Positions 41,675-50,195 of a DNA stretch of 64,000 nucleotides are shown here, one piece after another. Each line of letters begins with the position of its first letter. Within the stretch, counting starts at the first letter, position 1. The stretch lies in NCBI GenBank assembly GCA_003212515.1, contig QCPL01000007.1, positions 2,370 to 66,369 of the forward strand, in the 5' to 3' direction. Made by a program: the position numbers and the translations under genes. The DNA comes from Prochlorococcus sp. AG-436-M02 (GTDB taxonomy: Bacteria > Cyanobacteriota > Cyanobacteriia > PCC-6307 > Cyanobiaceae). The notes below the pieces were generated by a model, which saw only the letters and a program-made list of their open reading frames with translations, was not told where the DNA came from and ran no database searches.

Positions 41675-42286
41675 TTAATTTATTTGAGTGTCATTTGTAG
41701 AAGAAAAGTATGGTGTGCAGCTATTGCTTGAAAAACCTAAGGACCATCCACCAAAAATAGCTAAGGAGAGTAATGTGACGAATGGGATAAGCGCTTTTTG
41801 TGTGGTCTCATTAGCAAACCATTCTTTCCATTCTCTAAAGAAACGCTCCCTAGCAAAACGTTGTTTTTCCTGAACCTCGAGATTCCATCGCTTTCTAAAT
41901 GACTTTGCTACCCACCTTTCAAAAGCACGCTTTTTTGTTACTGCCATTTTACGTTCTATCTCCAATAATTGGCCAGCAGTTAAATCAGGGTGAAAGGTAC
42001 TTATCAAATCAAGACTTTTTAAAAACATTTCTATTGCAGCATCTTTAATATTACGCTCATCTACTTCTAAATAATTCCAATCAAGTTCTGGATAAAAGCG
42101 GGATCGATTTAGAGCAATTTGCTCTTCTCCAATCTGACCAGGCTCTCTTAACCATCGATCCGTATTACTATCAAATCTACGCCAATAAAGAAAAGGATTA
42201 AGGAAAATTGTTTTTCCAGATATTTTGATGCTGTCATGCTGAAGTCTACGATCAACACCTTGTTCAGATTGATTAACTACTGTCAA
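41675..42286 (-). CDS. Conserved hypothetical membrane-anchored protein
   Basis: NPFLYWRRFDSNTDRWLREPGQ; C-terminal TM. Confidence 0.75.
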   Translation of the reverse strand: MTVVNQSEQGVDRRLQHDSIKISGKTIFLNPFLYWRRFDSNTDRWLREPGQIGEEQIALNRSRFYPELDWNYLEVDERNIKDAAIEMFLKSLDLISTFHPDLTAGQLLEIERKMAVTKKRAFERWVAKSFRKRWNLEVQEKQRFARERFFREWKEWFANETTQKALIPFVTLLSLAIFGGWSLGFSSNSCTPYFSSTNDTQIN

Positions 42287-42860
42287 TGCAATAAAAAAGA
42301 AGTTATTTCAAAATAGCTATTTTTCAACTGTTTACCAGTCTCAGTAAACTAAACAATATCCCAAATCATCCAAAGATCGAACTCCACAACGAACGCTTCT
42401 TTTCCTAAAAAGTGACAAAAACCCCTCATAAGAGTAAGAAAGATGGAGGGAAGTACACTAATCAAACTATCTATTATCGAATAGGGAACTACTTATTCAT
42501 CGATTAATTTTTTGAAACCTAAAACTTCACAATCTAACAATTTTACTTGTTTTTCGTATTACTCTTGTTTCTAAAACACATTTCAGATAATTCATTGGTG
42601 AGGATTCAAATCAAGATAATTCATAAGTAAACACAAGAAATATTTAACTCAAGCTCTAAAAAAAGGGCTGCTAACAGGCAAGTTTTTCTCCTAATTCTCA
42701 AAAATTCAACCGAATTAAAGAAACTTAGAGATTACATGAAAGAAATACATCATTAATCATGACTACCATTAAGTAGGCAGATTATTCCCACTCAATAGTT
42801 CCTACCATATATGGGGTTTAAGAACGCAGTTATAGACAGGGTTTATTTCTTTAATAATAG

Positions 42861-42880
42861 CACGGTAAAGTCACGGTGAA
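42861..42880 (+). repeat. CACGGT(A/G)AA pair, 11-bp period (putative arm sites)
   Basis: CACGGTAAAGT-CACGGTGAA at 42861/42872. Confidence 0.75.
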
Positions 42881-43070
42881 TTGCTTTCTGGCAGCATTCC
42901 AATCAATAGTCATAACACCCTCAAGAATGAAAGAGTAATCGCTCAATGATCAGAGTGAGAACAACGCCTTTAAAAAACACAAACCAAAGCAATCCATAAT
43001 CAGACAAACCAAGTTTCTCTTGGTACCAAGCAATAAATTTTTTGTGTTGTTCAATTAACTGCATCCGTTT

Positions 43071-43334
43071 TTACCAGTCTGGATAAGAGAAGTCCTCTTC
43101 ATTACGGATATAGAAATCGCCCTTGGCAAGTCGATGCTCCCATTCAAGAAATGAACTTTGACAATTAGGAGTCGGAGGTTCTCTATACCCTTTCAACTTC
43201 TTCCAGCGTATGTACAGAGCACCTAAGTGCCAACTCTGTGCCAATGACTTTGCACCATGTCTCACCAAGTTTTCTTCCTTCTTATTGAACTTTGCCGAGT
43301 CCAATAATTCTTCGCTCCAATTGATGTCATTCAT
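43071..43334 (-). CDS. Small island hypothetical protein
   Basis: 87-aa ORF; start overlaps the end of the upstream 58-aa paralog. Confidence 0.7.
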   Translation of the reverse strand: MNDINWSEELLDSAKFNKKEENLVRHGAKSLAQSWHLGALYIRWKKLKGYREPPTPNCQSSFLEWEHRLAKGDFYIRNEEDFSYPDW

Positions 43335-43503
43335 TGCTTTGCCTCTTTTTCAATCGTTTGTATTCCTCATGAAGAGAACCAAGTTTCATTGCATCCAAAA
43401 AACCTCTTGGTATCTCCATGAGCAATTTCACGTCTTCTGGTTTATGTGCCTTCATGTCTAAGAACTCTTCTTGCCAAGAGGTGTCTTGCCAATCAGTACT
43501 CAT
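43327..43503 (-). CDS. 58-aa hypothetical protein (not in ORF track), paralog of 43071-43334
   Basis: MSTDWQDTSWQEEFLDMKAHKPEDVKLLMEIPRGFLDAMKLGSLHEEYKRLKKRQSNE*; ATGA overlap with the upstream ORF. Confidence 0.7.
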   Translation of the reverse strand: MSTDWQDTSWQEEFLDMKAHKPEDVKLLMEIPRGFLDAMKLGSLHEEYKRLKKRQSNE

Positions 43504-43703
43504 ACTTTCTCCCCATACTTCTTGAATTCATCTAAGTCGCTTGTAACTATGCTCTTGTAATCATCAGGAAACCTTTGCTTCATTATTGCTGGAATTTCCA
43601 AGCAATCTGGATAGGGATTATGCAAATAAAAAATAACTTCCTTCTCTTCCTTCAAAACAATGTAATTAGATAATCCACCTGCATAATTATTTTTTCTAGT
43701 CAT
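43500..43703 (-). CDS. Small island hypothetical protein
   Basis: 67-aa ORF, GGAGG RBS upstream, ATGA overlaps on both sides. Confidence 0.7.
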   Translation of the reverse strand: MTRKNNYAGGLSNYIVLKEEKEVIFYLHNPYPDCLEIPAIMKQRFPDDYKSIVTSDLDEFKKYGEKV

Positions 43704-43840
43704 GCTGCTACCTCCCTTTGAACAATCATCTGTACTGTAGATTTTTTCATGCTCAATGACTTGGCAATAGAACCATACCCAAGTCCTTGTTTTCGCTTAT
43801 CCATAATTTCTGCAATTTGGAATTTGTCGTTTTGACGAAT
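43700..43840 (-). pseudogene. C-terminal helix-turn-helix remnant (resolvase/Hin-like HTH)
   Basis: QIAEIMDKRKQGLGYGSIAKSLSMKKSTVQMIVQREVAA*; frame closed just upstream. Confidence 0.55.
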
Positions 43841-43911
43841 TTTTCAAACTGCTTCCCTCTAATCCCAGAGTCAGAATCAAGTGATGCATAAAACTGGTCA
43901 AAGGTCGCCAA
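43830..43911 (-). pseudogene. N-terminal fragment of a probable restriction-endonuclease/helicase gene
   Basis: TTG start, MATFDQFYASLDSDSGIRGKQFEKFVK resembles the KGxxFE start of Mrr-like nuclease-helicases. Confidence 0.4.
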
Positions 43912-44011
43912 AAGTCTTTATGGCAATTTAATCATCAATTTATTTTGCTTCAAAATCACCATTTATCTTTTTGAAAATGACAAAAGACACTTGGCAGGAG
44001 TAGAAAAGAAA

Positions 44012-44071
44012 AGGACACTCCTCACATAATTGTCCAAATAGAGCGCTGCTAGTTAAGGGCGCTCTTTTTTT
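44012..44071 (+). ncRNA. Yfr1/Yfr10-like sRNA, copy 1
   Basis: GGAC-ACTCCTCACATAATT-GTCC hairpin, then terminator AGAGCGCT..GGGCGCTCT-T-run; motif is one base off Yfr1 ACUCCUCACAC. Confidence 0.75.
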
Positions 44072-44093
44072 GTCTAATTTTTTCAAGACCTAC

Positions 44094-44113
44094 AACTGTC
44101 ACATGTGACAGTT
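44094..44113. promoter_or_regulatory. Perfect 20-bp palindrome upstream of the Yfr2-like sRNA (putative operator)
   Basis: AACTGTCACATGTGACAGTT; related half-site ACATGTGGCA at 44151-44160. Confidence 0.65.
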
Positions 44114-44169
44114 TTGAGTGTTTTTAGATAATTTCTCGCACTTTTGAAGAACATGTGGCATATTTACGT

Positions 44170-44257
44170 TGTGAGGAGTTGAGATCCTCCAGCAGTGGAA
44201 ACTAGGAAACACTTGCTTAAGATCTCCAAAAAGACCTGTCTTCGGGCAGGTTTTTTT
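44170..44257 (+). ncRNA. Yfr2-family sRNA
   Basis: 5' TGTGAGGAGT, stem-loop with tandem GGAAAC-TA-GGAAAC loop, terminator ACCTGTC-TTCG-GGCAGGT-T-run. Confidence 0.85.
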
Positions 44258-44301
44258 GTGTCTTGATGAGAGATGTCTCAACAGAAATCATCCTCAACCA
44301 C

Positions 44302-44330
44302 TTGACCAATAGAAAACCTAGCAGTAGTAT
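44302..44330 (+). promoter_or_regulatory. Sigma70-type promoter for the second Yfr1-like sRNA
   Basis: TTGACC-N17-TAGTAT, 7 nt upstream of the hairpin start. Confidence 0.65.
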
Positions 44331-44336
44331 ATTTGT

Positions 44337-44400
44337 ATTAGGACACTCCTCACATAATTAGTCCTAATTGATAAGGCACCTGTGAGCATGGTGCTTTTTC
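44337..44400 (+). ncRNA. Yfr1/Yfr10-like sRNA, copy 2
   Basis: ATTAGGAC-ACTCCTCACATAATTA-GTCCTAAT hairpin, then AGGCACC..GGTGCTT-T-run terminator. Confidence 0.75.
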
Positions 44401-44424
44401 ATGTCCTGAATTATTAGCAGACGA

Positions 44425-44700
44425 ATGGTTGATCCAGTCAGGAGAGCAGTTCCTACCCCATCAGGATGGTTAATTAACCCAGAGAAGAAGTTAGTGATGT
44501 TTTTCATCAAAGATCCAAAATCCCTTATGCGGATACCCAAAGTAATAACTCAACTTTGGTATGCAACACCTGATGGTATTCCCACAAAAGTCAAAAACAC
44601 ACGAACAATGGAACTAGAGGATGCTAATGAGACTTGGTTTGAGTTATTGAGCAATGGTTGGGAATTGGTGGAGCATCAAATTAATGACGATGCTGCATAA
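44425..44700 (+). CDS. DUF1651-family protein
   Basis: GWLINP...F..D, A.E.W.ELL..GW pattern of picocyanobacterial island family. Confidence 0.75.
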   Translation: MVDPVRRAVPTPSGWLINPEKKLVMFFIKDPKSLMRIPKVITQLWYATPDGIPTKVKNTRTMELEDANETWFELLSNGWELVEHQINDDAA

Positions 44701-44815
44701 GTTTTAAGTAGAGAAGTCGTTAATAGATTCATAGAAACTCAGTCTTAAAAATTAAATCACAAGTGCAGAGAAAACCTCTTTCTACGATTTCTCCGTAGAG
44801 ACGCTCAAAACATCC

Positions 44816-44898
44816 CGCGATGAAGTCACGGTGAAGTGCCTACCCAAGAACCCTTGTCACTCTGTCACTTCAATTTTAAAAAGACCCCACGGTGAAGT
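44816..44898 (+). repeat. CACGGTGAAGT repeats (putative arm sites, guaA-proximal end)
   Basis: CGCGATGAAGT 44816, CACGGTGAAGT 44827 and 44888. Confidence 0.75.
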
Positions 44899-44910
44899 CC
44901 GTTTTTTAAT

Positions 44911-44936
44911 CTATGACTACCTTTTAGTAGTCATAG
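44911..44936. terminator. Hairpin immediately after the guaA stop
   Basis: CTATGACTAC-CTTTTA-GTAGTCATAG; degenerate copy beside the distal att at about 42759-42780. Confidence 0.55.
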
Positions 44937-46523
44937 TCATTCCCACTCAATAGTTCCAGGTGGCTTGCTTGTTATATCTAGAACCACACGGTTCACTCCT
45001 TCAACCTCATTCACAATCCGATTCGAAATTATCTCTAATAATTCATTAGGCAAACGTGACCAATCTGCTGTCATACCATCTTCACTAGAAACACATCTTA
45101 GAACAATTGGCCAAGCATATGTTCGCTGATCACCCATGACACCAACTGAGCGAACAGGCAATAACACAGCAAAAGCTTGCCATACATCATGATATAAACC
45201 AGCTTGTGCTATTTCTTCTCTGACAATTAAATCTGCATCACGAAGGCAATTTAATTTTTCATTCGTCACTTCACCTAGTATTCGAATTGCCAAGCCAGGG
45301 CCAGGAAAAGGATGGCGTCGAACAATCTCATCTGGTAATCCTAAAGAACTGCCAACTTTTCTTACCTCATCTTTAAATAAAGTTCTCAAAGGTTCTACTA
45401 ATTTAAATTGCAAATCTTTTGGCAATCCACCAACGTTGTGATGGCTTTTAATTTTTACTGCAATTCTTTCACCAGTTTTGGGATCAATATTGGTACCTGA
45501 ACTCTCAATAACATCTGGATATAGTGTTCCTTGAGCAAGATAATCAAAAGGTCCTAAGCGTATACTCTCCTCTTCAAAAACACGAATAAATTCAGTGCCT
45601 ATAATTTTTCTCTTTTCCTCAGGATCAGTTACCCCTTTTAATTTCAAAACAAAGCGCTCTCGAGCATTAATATATTCAACATTTATATTGAATTTCTTAT
45701 CAAAAAATTCCATCAAAAATTCTGGTTCACCTTTCCTCATAAAACCTTGATCAATAAACATACAAGTAAGTTTGTCACCAATAGCCTTTTTCAAAAGAAA
45801 CGCAAGGGTGGATGAATCCACACCACCTGACAACGCCAACAACACTCTTTTATTTCCAACTTTGTCTCTAACATGAGCAATGGCTTCATCAATAAAAGCC
45901 TTTGTAGTCCAATCAGGCTGGCAACAACAAATGTTATATACAAAATTTCTAATCAATACCATTCCTTGAGTCGAGTGAACAACCTCAGGATGAAATTGGA
46001 CACCATAAAAACCATTTTGATGTGATGCAATTGCAGCATCTAAAGTATTAGCCGTATGCGCCAACCTTACAAAATCATCAGGTAATTTCTGAACAGAATC
46101 TCCATGACTCATCCACATAGTCGAACCATTTTCGACATTAGTTAACAAAGCTGTAGGATCATCTACTTGTAAAGGTGCTTTCCCATATTCTGCTTTCCCA
46201 ATTGCTGATCCAACAATGCCTCCCAATTGCTGAACCATTACTTGCATTCCATAGCAAACGCCTAATACAGGAATACCTAAATCCCAAATAGCGGGATCAG
46301 GCATCGGTGCACCCTTTTCATAGACTGATCTCGGACCACCACTAAGAATAATTCCTTTAGGATCAAGCTCTCTCAACTCTTTTGCAGTAGTGGTATATCC
46401 CAAAACCATCGAATACACTTCTGTTTCTCTAATCCTTCTTGCTATCAACTCAGAGTATTGCGAACCAAAATCAAGAATGACAATTGATGGCTTCCGATCA
46501 ATTTTAAAATTGGCATCGTCCAT
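44937..46523 (-). CDS. guaA: GMP synthase (glutamine-hydrolysing)
   Basis: [45 protein letters not shown]. Confidence 0.98.
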   Translation of the reverse strand: MDDANFKIDRKPSIVILDFGSQYSELIARRIRETEVYSMVLGYTTTAKELRELDPKGIILSGGPRSVYEKGAPMPDPAIWDLGIPVLGVCYGMQVMVQQLGGIVGSAIGKAEYGKAPLQVDDPTALLTNVENGSTMWMSHGDSVQKLPDDFVRLAHTANTLDAAIASHQNGFYGVQFHPEVVHSTQGMVLIRNFVYNICCCQPDWTTKAFIDEAIAHVRDKVGNKRVLLALSGGVDSSTLAFLLKKAIGDKLTCMFIDQGFMRKGEPEFLMEFFDKKFNINVEYINARERFVLKLKGVTDPEEKRKIIGTEFIRVFEEESIRLGPFDYLAQGTLYPDVIESSGTNIDPKTGERIAVKIKSHHNVGGLPKDLQFKLVEPLRTLFKDEVRKVGSSLGLPDEIVRRHPFPGPGLAIRILGEVTNEKLNCLRDADLIVREEIAQAGLYHDVWQAFAVLLPVRSVGVMGDQRTYAWPIVLRCVSSEDGMTADWSRLPNELLEIISNRIVNEVEGVNRVVLDITSKPPGTIEWE

Positions 46524-46581
46524 ATCTCACAAAAAACAAAAGTTTCGTAGAAACTCAGAATAGATAAAATTGTAAATATTA

Positions 46582-47730
46582 CTAGTGTTTCAGCTCCAAG
46601 CCAAGAGATTTCATTTTATTGAAAGCAGAAGGTCCAGACCACCTTAATTTTCTATTTCGATCAAACATAAAAGCAGAGATCTCAATCGAAGAAGATACAT
46701 ATCTTTTTACATATTGCTGACTCCTGTTTTCAACTTCCGTAGCTACTCGATCCCAAAGCCTTTTAGCACTATTAGGATCTTGACTTTCTAATTGCAACAA
46801 GGCTTGCTCAATAGACTCTGCATTCTCAAAGCTCTTAATCAAAATAGACGAGATTCCCTCTTTAAATGCCAAGGCAATTAGAGTTTCCAACCTGTTATCA
46901 GCTAAATGGTGATGTGTATGAAAAACACCACCTGCTAATTTGATTAGTTTCCCATGATAACCAAATAAAAATAAATCTTTTACTTTTTCTTCAGCAGCTG
47001 CAACCAATAAAGGACCTAACCAATTCCCAGTTTTAACGATTTGATTAGAAGGTATGCCCAAATCCAAAGCTAAATTCAAACCATTTTCACCAATTACAAA
47101 AATCAAAGAACCAGAAAAACTTTCTTCTGAGCATCGTCTGCGTAAATAATCAATTGTCTTGTTCAATTGATGAGGTGAAGCACTCACCTGTACATCAATC
47201 TGAGTACCAATTAAAGCAAGACCATCTACAACACCAAAGGCATGATTACTAGTTTTTTTCGCTAAATCTTTCCCAAGAGGGAATATAATTTCTAATTTTA
47301 AAAAATATCCTTTTTTAAGGAAAGGGTAAAGATTAAAATGCAGTAATTCTCGAGCAAATTCAGAAATAGAAATTTCATTAGATAAAGATTTTTTGCCTAC
47401 CCCATAACCTGGAATGATTTGCAGCCAATTATCAGAGTCATTAAGATTTTTTTTTGAAGACTGTTCTTGATTGATTTTTATAAATTCTAGACAAGTCCAA
47501 ATTTCCAAATCACGTGTTAAATCCAATCCTTCTCCAGAATCAGCATTGCTTATACCAATAGCCTTTTTCCCACTATGCAATGAAGCGGCTGATCTAATGG
47601 GGACAAATATAGATTTTTCATTATTAGAAAAATCAATCCTCTGTTTAGCATCGACAGCTTTCCCAGTTAAAACCTGAGCTGCAGCCTTGGCTGCTGCTGC
47701 TACCCAAATAGGAAGTGTGAATCCTCGCAA
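46582..47730 (-). CDS. cbiD: Cobalt-precorrin-5B C1-methyltransferase
   Basis: GFTLP..AAAAKAA, TSN.AFGVVDGLALIGT, GYHGKLIKLAGG.FHTH. Confidence 0.93.
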   Translation of the reverse strand: MRGFTLPIWVAAAAKAAAQVLTGKAVDAKQRIDFSNNEKSIFVPIRSAASLHSGKKAIGISNADSGEGLDLTRDLEIWTCLEFIKINQEQSSKKNLNDSDNWLQIIPGYGVGKKSLSNEISISEFARELLHFNLYPFLKKGYFLKLEIIFPLGKDLAKKTSNHAFGVVDGLALIGTQIDVQVSASPHQLNKTIDYLRRRCSEESFSGSLIFVIGENGLNLALDLGIPSNQIVKTGNWLGPLLVAAAEEKVKDLFLFGYHGKLIKLAGGVFHTHHHLADNRLETLIALAFKEGISSILIKSFENAESIEQALLQLESQDPNSAKRLWDRVATEVENRSQQYVKRYVSSSIEISAFMFDRNRKLRWSGPSAFNKMKSLGLELKH

Positions 47731-47804
47731 ATCAACAAAAGAAGAAATGAGTCAAGAAATTTGCTTGATAGTTTTTTAAGATAGCTTTTATAAGTACTTC
47801 TTCC

Positions 47805-48959
47805 ATGCAAGACAAACTTACGTTAATGATCCCTGGTCCAACACCAGTTCCAGAAAGAGTCTTAAAAGCACTAGCTAAGCATCCTATAGGGCATAGAAGT
47901 CCAGAGTTCCAACAAATTGTGAAAAGAACAACTGATCTTCTTAAATGGCTTCATCAAACAAATGGAGATGTTCTAACAATCACAGGTAGTGGAACTGCTG
48001 CAATGGAAGCCGCCATTATTAATACCCTGAGCAAGGGTGACAAAGTGATATGTGGAGAAAATGGTAAATTCGGAGAAAGATGGGTAAAAGTTGCAAAAGC
48101 TTATGGTCTAAATGTGACAACTATAAAAGCAAATTGGGGAGAACCTTTAGATCCTAAAAAGTTTCAATCTATCCTAGAAAATGATAGTGAAATTAGAGCT
48201 GTAATTATCACTCATTCTGAAACATCTACTGGTGTAATTAATGATTTACAATCAATAAGTAAGCACGTAAAATCTCATAAAAATGCAATAGTAATTGCAG
48301 ATTGTGTAACTAGTATTGGTGCATGTAATGTGCCAATGGATGAGTGGGGAGTTGATGTAATAGCATCTGGATCTCAAAAAGGTTACATGATGCCCCCTGG
48401 GCTTAGTTTTGTAGCAATGAACAACAGTGCTTGGGAAGCAACAAAAAGGTCAGATCTTCCAAAATTTTATTTAGATCTTCAATCTTATAAAAAAACAGTC
48501 GATAAAGATAGTAATCCATTTACTCCTAGTGTGAACCTATATTTTGCACTTGAAGAGTCACTTTTAATGATGAAAAATGAAGGACTAGAGTCAATTTTCA
48601 ATCGACATAATAGGCATATGAAAGCAACCCAAGAAGCTATAAAATCAATTGGTTTAAGTCTTTTTGCCAAAGAGGGTTTTGGAAGTCCTGCAATAACTTC
48701 TGTACAGCCTAATGGGGTAGATGCTGAGAAAATAAGAAAAACAGTAAAGCTCAAATTTGATATTCTTCTTGCAGGTGGTCAAGATCATCTAAAAGGAGAA
48801 ATATTCCGTATTGGTCATCTTGGGTTTGTTAATGATCGAGATATTATCACTGCTGTTGCTGCAATAGAATCGACCCTAGAGCAACTCAATGAATTAAAAA
48901 AACCTCTAGGAACAGGAGTTGCCACTGCTACAAAGATCTTAAACCAAACAAAAAATTAA
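47805..48959 (+). CDS. Alanine-glyoxylate/serine-pyruvate aminotransferase (class V)
   Basis: LMIPGPTP, HSETSTG, GSQKGYM.PPG, FRIGHLG. Confidence 0.93.
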   Translation: MQDKLTLMIPGPTPVPERVLKALAKHPIGHRSPEFQQIVKRTTDLLKWLHQTNGDVLTITGSGTAAMEAAIINTLSKGDKVICGENGKFGERWVKVAKAYGLNVTTIKANWGEPLDPKKFQSILENDSEIRAVIITHSETSTGVINDLQSISKHVKSHKNAIVIADCVTSIGACNVPMDEWGVDVIASGSQKGYMMPPGLSFVAMNNSAWEATKRSDLPKFYLDLQSYKKTVDKDSNPFTPSVNLYFALEESLLMMKNEGLESIFNRHNRHMKATQEAIKSIGLSLFAKEGFGSPAITSVQPNGVDAEKIRKTVKLKFDILLAGGQDHLKGEIFRIGHLGFVNDRDIITAVAAIESTLEQLNELKKPLGTGVATATKILNQTKN

Positions 48960-48978
48960 TTTTTTGAAGTTACGCTAA

Positions 48979-49266
48979 TCAAGCAACCATATTCTCATTA
49001 TCAATACTACCTTGATCCCACACCTCCTCCGTTTCTAAGTCATTAGAAGAATTACTTAATAAGCCCTTGCATTCTTGCAAAAGCTGGTCAACTCCATCAA
49101 GCATAACGATCTCTTCATCTGATTGGATATTTTTAGATTGAGTCATTTTTAATTCTAGAGACTCAATTCTTTGCTCAAGCTTGACCAATCGTTGTGAAAT
49201 TGCCGCAACTGTCTGAGCAAGATCTTCAGCTGTCCGCGTTATTCTAAAAGAACAAGAGGTTGACAT
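48979..49266 (-). CDS. Conserved hypothetical coiled-coil protein
   Basis: SFRITRTAEDLAQT...QRLVKLEQR. Confidence 0.65.
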   Translation of the reverse strand: MSTSCSFRITRTAEDLAQTVAAISQRLVKLEQRIESLELKMTQSKNIQSDEEIVMLDGVDQLLQECKGLLSNSSNDLETEEVWDQGSIDNENMVA

Positions 49267-49670
49267 TTAATAGGCTTTGAACATGAACTGATCACAACAC
49301 ATAAATGGGAAATTCTCAAGTCTTCAGGTATCAAAAAAAAACCCCGCATTTAAGTTGCTGCAATTAAATAATTTAATCTTTAAACAAGAAAGCTACTTCT
49401 TACTTAATAGATGCATCCAGTCACAATTCCTTAATTAATAAAAAGCAATCAATTCTGCAAAGAAAATAAAGTATGCGAATTAATTTTTTGAGTTTAAATT
49501 TGCTGTGCTACAGCATAAAGTCCAAAGGATACTTTGTAAGAATTGGTACTTTCTCATACATATTTGAAAACGACGATTTAAAAACTAAAAGTATTGAAGC
49601 TATAAGCCAACCTAGACATTCAGGAACATATTGATATCTTTAAAAAAGTAATCTAAAATGTAATTCCGTA

Positions 49671-50075
49671 ATGACTCAAAGAAAAAATTGGTTTCTTTTG
49701 TCTTTATCAATAGCATCACTTGCATCAGCAACATTAGTTGGAGGCATCTCTAAAGCTGGCACACAAGCTGCTGATATTTATTGTGTAATGAGAACTGGAG
49801 GTAATGATCATGCATCAAGTTGGCAAGCAGCTTATATTTCGCTCAAGAATGAAAGAGGTGGTTTATTCAAAATGTCTCCAAGGCAAGCAGCAACAATAAT
49901 TGTTCAACAAGTTGTTGGTGATCCAGAAATATATGGAGATTGTGTTCGCTACCTGGGAGAGTTATATCCTAAATCCGAAGTTATGCCATCAGTTAAACAA
50001 AAATCAACAATAAATCCAAAAACTCTTCCAGCTCCAATTCAAGAGGATTATATAAATGATAGATATAGTTATTAA
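49671..50075 (+). CDS. Secreted conserved hypothetical protein (DUF6554-like)
   Basis: Signal peptide; IYCVMR.GGNDH..SW, SPRQAA. Confidence 0.7.
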   Translation: MTQRKNWFLLSLSIASLASATLVGGISKAGTQAADIYCVMRTGGNDHASSWQAAYISLKNERGGLFKMSPRQAATIIVQQVVGDPEIYGDCVRYLGELYPKSEVMPSVKQKSTINPKTLPAPIQEDYINDRYSY

Positions 50076-50195
50076 TCAATATTTAAACCTGTAATATGTA
50101 ACTATTTATACCAGGGCCAAAATTAAGACAATGGATGAAAACTCTATTGACTAGTAAGATAAATACGTCAAAATAATATTAATTAAATTAGCGGA

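Larger units (their letters stand above)
42782..44957. mobile_element. Mini-island/remnant integrated in the guaA 3' end (no integrase)
   Basis: 19-bp exact repeat ATTCCCACTCAATAGTTCC at 42784-42802 and 44939-44957 (GTIEWE*); CACGGT(G/A)AA repeats inside both ends. Confidence 0.9.

Noticed and set aside
42290-42750. About 450-bp non-coding stretch left of the guaA att, considered as a further tandem island
   Set aside because: Could not find another guaA 3' copy, repeats or a credible ORF by eye.
43210-43461. 83-aa plus-strand ORF
   Set aside because: Antisense shadow of the coupled minus-strand 58-aa and 87-aa genes.
44099-44281. 60-aa minus-strand ORF
   Set aside because: Lies antisense to the Yfr2-like RNA and its promoter palindrome; no protein features.
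44012-44368. GGACACTCCTCACATAATT repeated twice, considered as a CRISPR repeat or att site
   Set aside because: Only two copies about 330 bp apart, each followed by a terminator, and no cas genes; better explained as paralogous sRNAs.
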